64,000 nt of DNA from Clostridiaceae bacterium (GCA_012840245.1 DULR01000075.1:18701-82700), one strand, 5' to 3'; positions 54,154 through 63,398 are shown, numbered from the stretch's first letter. Notes: generated from the sequence alone by a model not told the origin. Numbers and translations: made by a program.

Positions 54154-54759
54154 ATGGTTAAAAAGTTTGTGGTATCATTATTAAGTGTATTGCTGTTTGC
54201 ATCATTATGCATCGCTGTGCTCAGCCCCAGTACCGTTATGGCCGGCGTAGGTCTCACTGAGGAAAGGGGAGGACTTTTTGAAAAGGTTGAGACCCGTACT
54301 TTGGAATCGATCAAAACAGGGCTCGAAGATCTGGCAATAAGTATGGGTAAACTCAAAGAGCTGAATTTTTCTTCAAGCGACAAAATAGTAACGATAAATG
54401 CTAAAAAGAACGGCGGAGAGATCAACGTCGTTATCACGGCAGACGGAAGCAAGCTGCCTGAGTTCGGATTAAAAGATGTGAACAAAGTGATCAGGCTTGC
54501 CAAGGATTATTTAAAACCGATTTTTGATGAAAAGCAATCCATGGGTCTGTGTTCGCTGTTTTTCAGCGATGCTTGCAAAGAATATAATAAAGGTGCGGAA
54601 AAAATAACGCTGACCAAAGAATATAACGGGCTTGTCATTGAATGTTCCGGAAATGCCAGTACGGGCGTCGTCAATGTGAGCCTTAAAAGTACGTTGGGAG
54701 TGAAAGAATGTCTGCCAGACATAAGAAAAACTACGGAAATGATAGTATTACCTCACTGA
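54154..54759 (+). CDS. Hypothetical secreted protein
   Basis: GGAGG RBS and signal peptide MVKKFVVSLLSVLLFASLCIAVLS. The 3' end overlaps the next gene by 52 nt. Confidence 0.5.
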   Translation: MVKKFVVSLLSVLLFASLCIAVLSPSTVMAGVGLTEERGGLFEKVETRTLESIKTGLEDLAISMGKLKELNFSSSDKIVTINAKKNGGEINVVITADGSKLPEFGLKDVNKVIRLAKDYLKPIFDEKQSMGLCSLFFSDACKEYNKGAEKITLTKEYNGLVIECSGNASTGVVNVSLKSTLGVKECLPDIRKTTEMIVLPH

Positions 54760-56687
54760 AAGGAGCCGACAGGGTCAGGCTCAGACCTGCGGTAATATTC
54801 GGATCGGATGGACTGGAAGGCTGCCAGCATTCATTCTTTGAGATCCTGTCAAATTCCATAGATGAAGCCAGAGAGGGCTATGGTAAGCTGATAAAGGTCA
54901 CCAGGCACAGGGACTGCTCCATAACCATTGAAGATCAGGGCCGCGGGATCCCGCTGGATTACAATCCGAAGGAAGGGCGCTATAACTGGGAACTGGTATT
55001 CTGTGAGCTGTATGCAGGAGGAAAATACTCCAACAATACAGGTGAAAACTATGAATACGCACTGGGATTGAACGGCCTCGGCGCATGTGCCACCCAATAC
55101 AGTTCGGAGTATATGGATGTAACTGTCTTTCGGGATGGTTACAAATATGAGCTGCATTTTGAAAAAGGCAACAATATAGGCGGGCTTAAAAAAACTCCGG
55201 CTAATTATGAGCATACAGGCTCTATTCAGACCTGGAAACCTGACCGGGAAGTTTTCACTGATATCAATATTCCCGCCGACTACTTCAGGGATGTTTTAAA
55301 AAGGCAGGCAGTTGTCAATGCCGGACTTGTTTTTGAATTTACAGACGAAGAAAGTGGTACAACAGAAACCTTCGTTTACGAAAACGGAATCATTGACTAT
55401 GTTGCTGAATTAAGTGCAGGGAAGGAGATGACAAAGCCCTGTCGCTTCGAGGGTTTCGCCCGCGGAAGAGACCGTGAGGACAAACCCGAGTACAAGGTCA
55501 AGATGGAGATCGCTTTCTGCTTTAACAATGAAGTGAACACCATACAGTATTATCATAATTCAAGCTGGCTTGAGCACGGAGGTGCGCCTGACAAAGCCGT
55601 TAAGGCAGCTTTCGTTGCAGAGCTGGACAAATATCTGAAGAACAATAACAAGTACAATAAGAACGAGAGCAGGATAACGTTCAGCGATATCGAGGACAGC
55701 CTTATTCTTATCACCAACACTTTTTCAACCATGACAAGCTATGAGAACCAGACCAAAAAAGCTATCAGCAACAAATTCATTCAGGAAGCCCTTACCGATT
55801 TCCTCAAGCAGCAGCTTGAGGTGTATCTGATCGAGAATAAGGAAGAGGCAGAGAAAATAGCCTCACAGGTTCTCATAAACAAGAGGAGCCGGGAATCGGC
55901 CGAAAGGGCAAGGATAGACGTTAAGAAGAAGCTCAGCGGAGCAATGGACATATCGAGCCGCGTCAAGAAGTTTGTGGACTGCAGAAGCAAAGATATAAGC
56001 AAAAGAGAACTTTACATCGTTGAAGGCGATTCTGCGCTGGGATCGGTCAAGATGGCCAGAGACAGTGAGTTCCAGGCTATAATGCCTGTCAGGGGAAAGA
56101 TCCTAAACTGTCTCAAGGCTGAGTATGACAGCATATTCAGAAGCGAGATCATTGTTGATCTGATAAAGGTTCTTGGCTGCGGAGTTGAGATCAGATCAAA
56201 GCACAACAAGGATCTTAGCTCTTTCGATCTCGACAATCTGAAGTGGAGCAAGATCATTATCTGTACCGATGCCGATGTTGACGGCTATCAGATCAGAACC
56301 CTGATTCTGGCCATGCTCTACCGGCTGACACCTACCCTTATAGAAAAGGGGAAGGTTTACATAGCAGAATCTCCGCTGTTCGAGATAACCGCCAAAGGGA
56401 AAAGCTATTTTGCCTATAATGAGCTGGAAAAGCAAAAGATACTGGAGAAGCTTAAGGACCAGAAAGTGACTATACAGAGATCCAAAGGCCTTGGCGAGAA
56501 CGAACCGGAAATGATGTGGGCGACTACGATGAATCCCGAGACCCGTCGTCTTATAAAAGTTGTTCCCGATGATATCGAAAATACGCAGAAATTTTTTGAC
56601 CTGCTTCTGGGTGACAACCTCCAGGGGCGCAAGGACTATATATCCGAGCACGGACATGAGTATATGGAGCTGATCGACGTGAGCTGA
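54708..56687 (+). CDS. Type IIA DNA topoisomerase subunit B (GyrB/ParE family, divergent)
   Basis: YGNDSITSLKGADRVRLRPAVIFG, GHKL ATPase motifs, Toprim EGDSA...DADVDG, and the PLRGK variant PVRGKILN. Confidence 0.9.
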   Translation: MSARHKKNYGNDSITSLKGADRVRLRPAVIFGSDGLEGCQHSFFEILSNSIDEAREGYGKLIKVTRHRDCSITIEDQGRGIPLDYNPKEGRYNWELVFCELYAGGKYSNNTGENYEYALGLNGLGACATQYSSEYMDVTVFRDGYKYELHFEKGNNIGGLKKTPANYEHTGSIQTWKPDREVFTDINIPADYFRDVLKRQAVVNAGLVFEFTDEESGTTETFVYENGIIDYVAELSAGKEMTKPCRFEGFARGRDREDKPEYKVKMEIAFCFNNEVNTIQYYHNSSWLEHGGAPDKAVKAAFVAELDKYLKNNNKYNKNESRITFSDIEDSLILITNTFSTMTSYENQTKKAISNKFIQEALTDFLKQQLEVYLIENKEEAEKIASQVLINKRSRESAERARIDVKKKLSGAMDISSRVKKFVDCRSKDISKRELYIVEGDSALGSVKMARDSEFQAIMPVRGKILNCLKAEYDSIFRSEIIVDLIKVLGCGVEIRSKHNKDLSSFDLDNLKWSKIIICTDADVDGYQIRTLILAMLYRLTPTLIEKGKVYIAESPLFEITAKGKSYFAYNELEKQKILEKLKDQKVTIQRSKGLGENEPEMMWATTMNPETRRLIKVVPDDIENTQKFFDLLLGDNLQGRKDYISEHGHEYMELIDVS

Positions 56688-56716
56688 TGAGTTTTGGGGA
56701 CGGAGGCTTTGACTCA
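56688..56716 (+). repeat. Family B repeat
   Basis: TGAGTTTTGGGGACGGAGGCTTTGACTCA directly after the stop codon. Compare 41949-41977. Confidence 0.7.
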
Positions 56717-56946
56717 CAAGATCCTTTACTGCACTTCGTTCCGTTCAGGATGACAGAGGGAAATGCTTCGAAGTATTTTCTGTGTCATTCAGGTTTGACG
56801 AAAGTCGTCTCTTTGATGTCATTCTGAGCGAAGCGAAGAATCTATACAAGATCCTTTACTGCACTTCGTTCCGTTCAGGATGACAGAGAGAAATGCTTCA
56901 AAGTATTTTCAGTGTCATTCTGAGGGAGCGGAGCGACCGAAGAATC
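56717..56946. repeat. Composite array of family A units, including a ~74-bp direct duplication with a 130-bp period
   Basis: 56717-56790 and 56847-56920 are near-identical (3 mismatches). Units lie at 56720-56754(-), 56784(+, degenerate), 56818-56842(+), 56850-56884(-) and 56914-56946(+). Confidence 0.85.
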
Positions 56947-57004
56947 TTTATGACAGACACCGCAAGCTTTATTATGTCTTAAATAAAGGAGCAATGAAAT
57001 TCTT

Positions 57005-59179
57005 ATGGACAACAAGCATATAGAGCAAAAAATAGTGGATACGCTGAAGGTCAATTACATGCCCTATGCGATGAGCGTGATCGTTTCCCGGGCAATTCCT
57101 GAGATCGACGGTTTGAAACCCTCGCACAGGAAGCTTCTTTACACCATGTACAAAATGGGGTTGCTTAAGGGGCAGAAGACCAAATCCGCAAATGTCGTGG
57201 GGCAAACCATGAAGCTGAATCCCCACGGCGATATGGCTATATATGAAACCCTGGTAAGGCTGACTACCGGAAATATGGCCCTTTTGCATCCTCTGGTCGA
57301 ATCCAAGGGTAATTTCGGTAAGGTCTTCTCACGTGATATGAAGTTCGCAGCACCCCGTTATACCGAGGTCAAGCTTGCACCCATAAGCGAAGAGTTGTTC
57401 AGGGACATTGATAAAGACACTGTGGACTTCATCGACAACTATGACGGAACCATGAAGGAACCCATGCTGCTTCCAACTGTATTTCCAAATATACTGGTCA
57501 ACCCGAATCAGGGCATAGCTGTAGGTATGGCAAGCAACATCTGCAGCTTCAATCTGAGAGAGGTCTGTGAAGCGACAATAGCTTACATAAAAGAGGACAA
57601 TATCGATCTGATGAGATATCTTAAGGCTCCGGATTTTCCCACCGGAGGCCAGCTGATACTTAATGAGCAGGAGATGCGCAGGATTTATGAAACAGGCAGG
57701 GGCTCATTCAGGGTCAGGGCAAAATACCGTTTCGATAAAAAGAACAGCTGCATAGATATCTATGAGATCCCCTATACCACTACCACAGAGGCTATCATCG
57801 AGGCGATAGCCGGGATAATAAAGGCAGGCAAGATCAAGGACATAACCGATGTTCGGGATGAAACCGATCTGGAGGGCCTTAAAATAACCATCGACATAAA
57901 GAAAAACAGCGATCCTGATGAGATCATGAACAAGCTTTTCAGACTGACTCCTCTTCAGGACAGCTTCGGCTGCAATTTCAACATACTTATCGATCAGAAG
58001 CCGATGGTTCTGGGAGTTGCGGGTATCCTTGACCACTGGATCCAGTTCCGCATGGACTGCATCAGAAGGAAGTCGGAATTCGAGATAAGAAAGAAAAGCG
58101 AAACCCTTCACCTTCTGAATGGTCTGGCCAAGATACTCCTCGATATAGACAAAGCCATTGTCATCATCCGCAATACGGAGCAGGAAGACCTTGTGGTTCC
58201 CAACCTTATGGAAGGCTTCGGAATCGACGAAGCGCAGGCTGAGTTTATCGCAGAAATCAAGCTCAGGAACCTTAACCGCGAATATATACTCAGGCATACT
58301 TCCGAGATAAACAAGCTGAAAAAGGAAATATCCGATCTGAAAGACATAGTGGCCCATGATTCCAGAGTTCTCGACATCATTTGCTCCCAGCTTGAAGAGA
58401 TCTCGAAGAAATACGGGCAGGAAAGAAGAACGGAAATCATAGGCGAGGAACATGTTGAAGAAATAACTACTGAAAACCTTATCGAGGATTATAACGTAAG
58501 GCTGTTTTTGACCGATCAGGGATATATAAAGAAGATACCCCTTGTATCATTGCGTTCGTCAGGCGAGCATAAACTCAAGGATGACGACTTTATAATCCAG
58601 GAAGAAGAGACGAAGAACAAAGCCGATCTGCTTTTATTCTCGAACAAATGCACTGTCTACAAGCTCAAGGTCCATGAGCTTCAGGACAGCAAGACAAGCC
58701 TTCTGGGCGATTACCTCAATAATATCCTCAAGCTGGAACAGGATGAAAAGATCATAAAGATGCATGCTACAGAAAATTATGAAGGATATTTCCTTTTCGC
58801 ATATGAGAACGGCAAAATGGCCAAGATCCCCTTATCCAGCTACGCTACAAAAACTAACCGAAGAAAGCTGTCAAACGCATACAATGCTGACTCGAAGCTG
58901 GTTGACATATTCTATCTGGAAGCTGATGCCGACTTTGCGGCATTCAGCAGTATCGACAAGGTTCTTGTATTCAACACATCCCAGATAAATCCCAAGACCA
59001 CCCGTGACTCGCAAGGTGTCAACGTCCTGAAATCAAAGAAAGGAAGCGTACTCAGAAGAGTGGCTCCCTTGAGTGAAGCGAAATTGAATGATCCGGAATA
59101 CTACAGGGCGAACATTCCGGCCATTGGATGCTATCTCAAAGAAGAAGACAAGGAAAATCCACAGATAGGATTGTTTTAG
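57005..59179 (+). CDS. Type IIA DNA topoisomerase subunit A (GyrA/ParC family, divergent)
   Basis: YAMSVIVSRAIPEIDGLKPSHRKLLY, NPHGDMAIYETLVRL, and a catalytic-Tyr context AAPRYTEVKL. 724 aa. Confidence 0.9.
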   Translation: MDNKHIEQKIVDTLKVNYMPYAMSVIVSRAIPEIDGLKPSHRKLLYTMYKMGLLKGQKTKSANVVGQTMKLNPHGDMAIYETLVRLTTGNMALLHPLVESKGNFGKVFSRDMKFAAPRYTEVKLAPISEELFRDIDKDTVDFIDNYDGTMKEPMLLPTVFPNILVNPNQGIAVGMASNICSFNLREVCEATIAYIKEDNIDLMRYLKAPDFPTGGQLILNEQEMRRIYETGRGSFRVRAKYRFDKKNSCIDIYEIPYTTTTEAIIEAIAGIIKAGKIKDITDVRDETDLEGLKITIDIKKNSDPDEIMNKLFRLTPLQDSFGCNFNILIDQKPMVLGVAGILDHWIQFRMDCIRRKSEFEIRKKSETLHLLNGLAKILLDIDKAIVIIRNTEQEDLVVPNLMEGFGIDEAQAEFIAEIKLRNLNREYILRHTSEINKLKKEISDLKDIVAHDSRVLDIICSQLEEISKKYGQERRTEIIGEEHVEEITTENLIEDYNVRLFLTDQGYIKKIPLVSLRSSGEHKLKDDDFIIQEEETKNKADLLLFSNKCTVYKLKVHELQDSKTSLLGDYLNNILKLEQDEKIIKMHATENYEGYFLFAYENGKMAKIPLSSYATKTNRRKLSNAYNADSKLVDIFYLEADADFAAFSSIDKVLVFNTSQINPKTTRDSQGVNVLKSKKGSVLRRVAPLSEAKLNDPEYYRANIPAIGCYLKEEDKENPQIGLF

Positions 59180-59392
59180 GCAGTGATCATCATATAGTTG
59201 AACCCTGGCATTTTGTAAATATACAGAATGGGCTTATGAAAATGCAGCATAAATATAAACCGATGAAGGAAGTTGTTTGCTTCATGGAATAGTGATAAGA
59301 TAGTAGAAAGTTATAAGGAAAATCTGGCAATCCGTTCAAGTTTTTTCTTTTGTTCTGTATTGCCGGACCGACATGATCTTAGGAGGGTCACA

Positions 59393-60649
59393 ATGAGAAA
59401 ATTCTGGATTGTTTTCGCATGTTTACTGTTATCAGCTGTTCTGCTGGGAGGAACGGCAATTGCCATAGCTGCCGGCGAAAATCCTATTGTAGGGCCAGGA
59501 GAGGTAGTGAATGACGATTTCATCACAACAGACACAACGGTATTAAACGAAGGAACGGTTCTGGGAGATTTTATTGCGTTTGCACAAACCCTTACAAATA
59601 AAGGTCAGGTGGAAGGCGATCTGATAGCGGGCGGCCTTCAGGTCAACATTGAAGGCGTCATCGGAGGAAGCCTCAGGGTGGGTGGCACCGATGTAAGAGC
59701 GAATTGCACCATCGAACGAAATGCGATGATATATGCTTCGATCGTAAACATTGGAGCGGATACTGTCGTAAAGCGCAATGCCTATTACTGGGGAGAAGCT
59801 GTCAACTCCGCAGGAAGGGTGATGGGAAATACGACCATACGTGCGCGCAGCGTTACCCTGTCAGGTGTGTATGATGGTGATGTCAATATAAATACCATGA
59901 CCGAGGATGGAAAACTTGATATACTGCCGGGAACAGTAATCAAGGGGAAGCTTACTTATGAAGGAGTCAAAGCTTATGCGGTGCCATCCGACGTCCAGGT
60001 AGGAAGCTTTTCCTATGTAAGTATCGAGCCGGTCGACACTACTGCGGCACAGTCTTCACTTTCGCTCTGGAGCCTGATCAGGAAGATCTTTACGTTATTG
60101 GCCTACTATTTGATCGCATTGCTGATATATAAGATCTTTCCGAGGTTTTTTGTCCGTTCGGGTGATTTCATCGAAGCCAAACCCTTCAGTTCAGCCGGAA
60201 TCGGCATAGCTACGCTGGGAAGCCTTGTTGCAGGCAGCCTTGCCCTTATATTGCTTATGATACTTGCGCTGTTCATATTAAAAGGCTCAGTCGTTTTATT
60301 CAGCACACTGGCAATATTGTTCGTAACCATGGTGACTGTTCTTTTCGCTGATATTCCTGTTTCAATGTGGATTGGAAATATCATCACGAACAGGAAGGCA
60401 AGCGTTCCGGCCCGTCTGGCAGCCGGCCTTGCGGCTGTTTCTGCAATAAAGATAATCCTGGAGATCCTTAAAGGACTGCAGGGAGTATCGACCATAGCGC
60501 GCATAATATTGTTCATAGTGAACATATCGATTTGGCTGCTTGGTACAGGCGCGCTCATGAAATCTGTTTATGAAATAAGCAGGTCTGCGAACAAACAGGC
60601 CGAAGCAGAAGAGGTCGAGGCCAACACTTATGAAAGCGCAGAAATATAA
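59393..60649 (+). CDS. Membrane protein with an N-terminal bactofilin-like repeat (beta-helix) region and a C-terminal polytopic domain
   Basis: Signal/TM MRKFWIVFACLLLSAVLLGG, then repeated G-x-V/I-x-G-D/N strands (VLGDFIAF..VEGDLIAGG..IGGSLRVGG...), then 4-5 TM helices. AGGAGGG RBS. Confidence 0.6.
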   Translation: MRKFWIVFACLLLSAVLLGGTAIAIAAGENPIVGPGEVVNDDFITTDTTVLNEGTVLGDFIAFAQTLTNKGQVEGDLIAGGLQVNIEGVIGGSLRVGGTDVRANCTIERNAMIYASIVNIGADTVVKRNAYYWGEAVNSAGRVMGNTTIRARSVTLSGVYDGDVNINTMTEDGKLDILPGTVIKGKLTYEGVKAYAVPSDVQVGSFSYVSIEPVDTTAAQSSLSLWSLIRKIFTLLAYYLIALLIYKIFPRFFVRSGDFIEAKPFSSAGIGIATLGSLVAGSLALILLMILALFILKGSVVLFSTLAILFVTMVTVLFADIPVSMWIGNIITNRKASVPARLAAGLAAVSAIKIILEILKGLQGVSTIARIILFIVNISIWLLGTGALMKSVYEISRSANKQAEAEEVEANTYESAEI

Positions 60650-60686
60650 AAAGCAAAGCAAAAGAACTCGATATTTGCACTCACCT

Positions 60687-60725
60687 GGGTCATCCGGGCA
60701 TATGCCGGGATGACCCTTTTCTTTT
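60687..60725 (+). terminator. Intrinsic terminator
   Basis: 13-position stem GGGTCATCCGGGC/GCCGGGATGACCC (one mismatch) followed by TTTTCTTTT. Confidence 0.8.
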
Positions 60726-60857
60726 GTTACTGTACAAAACGGTAACCATTTGATATTTTATTATAGGGATAAAAAGCATTTTTTTGGCCAGGATTGCCCA
60801 AAATCTTTACAACCCGGATCACACGTGATTTCATCGGTAATATAAAGGATGGTTGAT

Positions 60858-61454
60858 ATGGATAATCGCATAATATCCCAATTGTTGAGAGGACTTAAGG
60901 TAACTGCCAATTACATGACCGCACTTATTCTTTTTGTTGTATTCACCATGCCCATCATTACGCTTTCCAGTGACAGCGGCTTGCAGAACGCCATGACAGC
61001 ATTCTCGTTTTTGGTTTTCCTGTTTCTTTTCTACATCGTATATGTGGACATGCGTGTTATGGCATTCAAGGAGAAGAGGCCTCAGTATAACATAAATCCC
61101 CCGCCGTACAAAGGAGTATTTTATGGCATTATAGGCATGATCCCTCTGGTCTTGTTCCAGGCGGTTTTGCTGTTGCTGAAATTTCCCGAGGATCTTCAGG
61201 TGCTGAAAAGAAAGCTCTATCAGGGTTTCGCAGGGCCTCTGTACTGGCTGTCAAGGCTTCTGGGAGATGACCCGGCCCATTATGTCGTTTCATTCGCGAT
61301 ACTTATTGTTATTGCAGGACTGGGATACTATGCCGGGTATAAGGAATTTTACATTGTAAGTTTTATAAGACAGAAGCTGGGCATCAAGCCTAAGCAAAAG
61401 CCGGGCAGGGCAGGCAATCCCGCCGGCCGAAAGGATAGCCGGATGAGGAAATAA
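60858..61454 (+). CDS. Hypothetical integral membrane protein with a basic C-terminal tail
   Basis: Four hydrophobic segments. The start is ambiguous (60849 or 60858). Confidence 0.5.
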   Translation: MDNRIISQLLRGLKVTANYMTALILFVVFTMPIITLSSDSGLQNAMTAFSFLVFLFLFYIVYVDMRVMAFKEKRPQYNINPPPYKGVFYGIIGMIPLVLFQAVLLLLKFPEDLQVLKRKLYQGFAGPLYWLSRLLGDDPAHYVVSFAILIVIAGLGYYAGYKEFYIVSFIRQKLGIKPKQKPGRAGNPAGRKDSRMRK

Positions 61455-61488
61455 TTATCATTGCCTGCAATACCGCTAAGTACTTGTC

Positions 61489-61538
61489 ATCCTTCTCAGA
61501 AACATGCCCTGTATGTTATCTGAGAAGGATTTATATTT
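61489..61538 (+). terminator. Long hairpin terminator
   Basis: 12-bp stem ATCCTTCTCAGA/TCTGAGAAGGAT, extended by AACAT/ATGTT, followed by a T-rich run. Confidence 0.7.
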
Positions 61539-61555
61539 ATTTAAGCATATTCAAG

Positions 61556-61593
61556 GATTCTTCCTCGCTTCGGTTTTCTCTCTTCAGAAGAAC
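61556..61593 (-). repeat. Degenerate family A unit
   Basis: The reverse complement reads gttcttctga...ccgaagcgaggaagaatc. Confidence 0.4.
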
Positions 61594-61692
61594 AAAAAAC
61601 AGGACAAAGCAAACGTATACGTTTTTTTGTTATATGGCCAACCCTCCCCTGAATATCTTAATACAAAGATACACTTAGGGATGGGATTGTGA

Positions 61693-62409
61693 ATGATAGT
61701 TTTGGTAAAAAGAAAAAATGCCGTGCTGATACTGCTTATACTCTTTTTGTCCATAGCCATATTCAGTATTGACGGAGGGGCAAATCCCATAGCCGAAACA
61801 GTCAAGGAAAAGAGCGGACCAGTCGTGGTGCTCGATCCGGGGCACGGAGGAGAGGATCCGGGTGTGGTAAGCAATTATTCAAGTCTTGCCGAAAAGGATC
61901 TTAATCTGCGTATTGCACAACTGTTGAAAGACTTGCTTGAGCAAGACGGCTATACCGTTCTTATGACACGGACAGAGGATGTGCTCAATTATCCCGAAGG
62001 GACAAAAGAAATATATCAGAAAAGAAAGCATGATCTGACAAGAAGGAAGAAGTTTATTGACGAAAGCGGAGCCGACATAGTTGTAAGCATACACATGAAT
62101 GGTTTTTCTGATTCGAAATACTATGGCGCGCAGACTTTTTATCCGCCTTCCTCCGTAGACAGCGAAAGATTGGCCAAATGTATTCAAAATGCCCTGGTCT
62201 CTGTTGTCGATCCGACAAACAGAAGGACGGCATTGCTCAAAAAAGAACGAATCGTGATATTCAGGGATCTGAAAGTGCCTACGGCATTGGTAGAATGCGG
62301 CTTCCTTTCAAATGCTGATGAAGAGGCAAAATTCAGAACTCTGGAATATCAGCAGCTTGTTGCGAAGGGTATAAAGGAAGGTATAGACAATTTTTTCGCA
62401 AAACAGTAA
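61693..62409 (+). CDS. cwlD: N-acetylmuramoyl-L-alanine amidase, CwlD-like
   Basis: N-terminal TM, VVVLDPGHGGEDPGVV, SIHMN and ALVECGFLSN motifs. 238 aa. Confidence 0.8.
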   Translation: MIVLVKRKNAVLILLILFLSIAIFSIDGGANPIAETVKEKSGPVVVLDPGHGGEDPGVVSNYSSLAEKDLNLRIAQLLKDLLEQDGYTVLMTRTEDVLNYPEGTKEIYQKRKHDLTRRKKFIDESGADIVVSIHMNGFSDSKYYGAQTFYPPSSVDSERLAKCIQNALVSVVDPTNRRTALLKKERIVIFRDLKVPTALVECGFLSNADEEAKFRTLEYQQLVAKGIKEGIDNFFAKQ

Positions 62410-62468
62410 AATCTAATTGGAAATAACCGATATAAATATTAGTTGTTAATTCTACTAATGATGATGGA

Positions 62469-63272
62469 GTGTACTTGATTATGTATTTTCACTATTGTCT
62501 GGTTGCAGTCGGAGCAATATTAGCAATTAGTCTGGTACTGTATTTCATAATGAAAAAGAATAATCAAGTCAACAGAGAAAATATCGCAAATCTTGTCGTA
62601 TGTACAGTTCTTTCAATGATATGCGCTGTTATTGCTCCATTGACAGCAAAGCATATAGCAAGAGAACTGTATTTTTCTATACCTGCTTCGTTAGCTGTTT
62701 CGTTTGTGGTGACTTTTGGGATTGCAATAATTATTTTCTTGCTGCTTCAGCCGGCAATAAAAAAATGGGCATCGAATGCAGCCGATGAACCGGACATGGT
62801 TCGGGAAAGCCTTGTTAAACAGTTGATGGACGCTCCGCTGGAGACGGCATCTGCTATTGATACAGCTGATTCCGGGAATGAGGTGACTTATAATGAAAGT
62901 GGCCTCGCAACCGAAAATGAGGCTTCTGCAACGACAGAAACTGAAGATGCCGATATTTACCGGATCCAACCCGAAGAACCAGAACAGGTCATGAATATTC
63001 CTTATGATAATAACAATCAGGAAGATATAATGAAGCTTTTGGACAAGGCTATAGAATCGAAAAGCCAGAGGGATCTGTATGGAGCTATCTCAAACTATGA
63101 AGCGGCACTGATAATGAATCCCGATGATGAACTCAGGTATTTGATCCTTCTCGATCTGTGTTCGCTTTACAAAAAGACAAACCAGCCCGATTCTGTCAGC
63201 AGAATTCTCGAATCATCCCAGTGCCAATTGTTAGATTTAGAAAAAAAAGAAGATATTTTGCGAAATCTTTGA
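62469..63272 (+). CDS. Hypothetical membrane protein with an acidic linker and a C-terminal TPR-like segment
   Basis: Three N-terminal TM helices and a C-terminal YGAISNYEAALIMNPDDE motif. Start uncertain. Confidence 0.45.
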   Translation: MYLIMYFHYCLVAVGAILAISLVLYFIMKKNNQVNRENIANLVVCTVLSMICAVIAPLTAKHIARELYFSIPASLAVSFVVTFGIAIIIFLLLQPAIKKWASNAADEPDMVRESLVKQLMDAPLETASAIDTADSGNEVTYNESGLATENEASATTETEDADIYRIQPEEPEQVMNIPYDNNNQEDIMKLLDKAIESKSQRDLYGAISNYEAALIMNPDDELRYLILLDLCSLYKKTNQPDSVSRILESSQCQLLDLEKKEDILRNL

Positions 63273-63398
63273 ATTAATTATCGACAAATCATTGATATTA
63301 GTGATTCAAACTGATATTATTATACTAAATCTATCATTAATTCTTATTGTGAGATTTTGCTCAATAAATTCTATATCCATATAAGGGGGTAGCTGAGG

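Noticed and set aside
61484-61692. Two overlapping 62-64-codon ORFs between the membrane protein gene and cwlD.
   Set aside because: The region consists of a terminator hairpin, a degenerate family A repeat and an AT-rich promoter-like sequence. The ORFs have no RBS and implausible composition.
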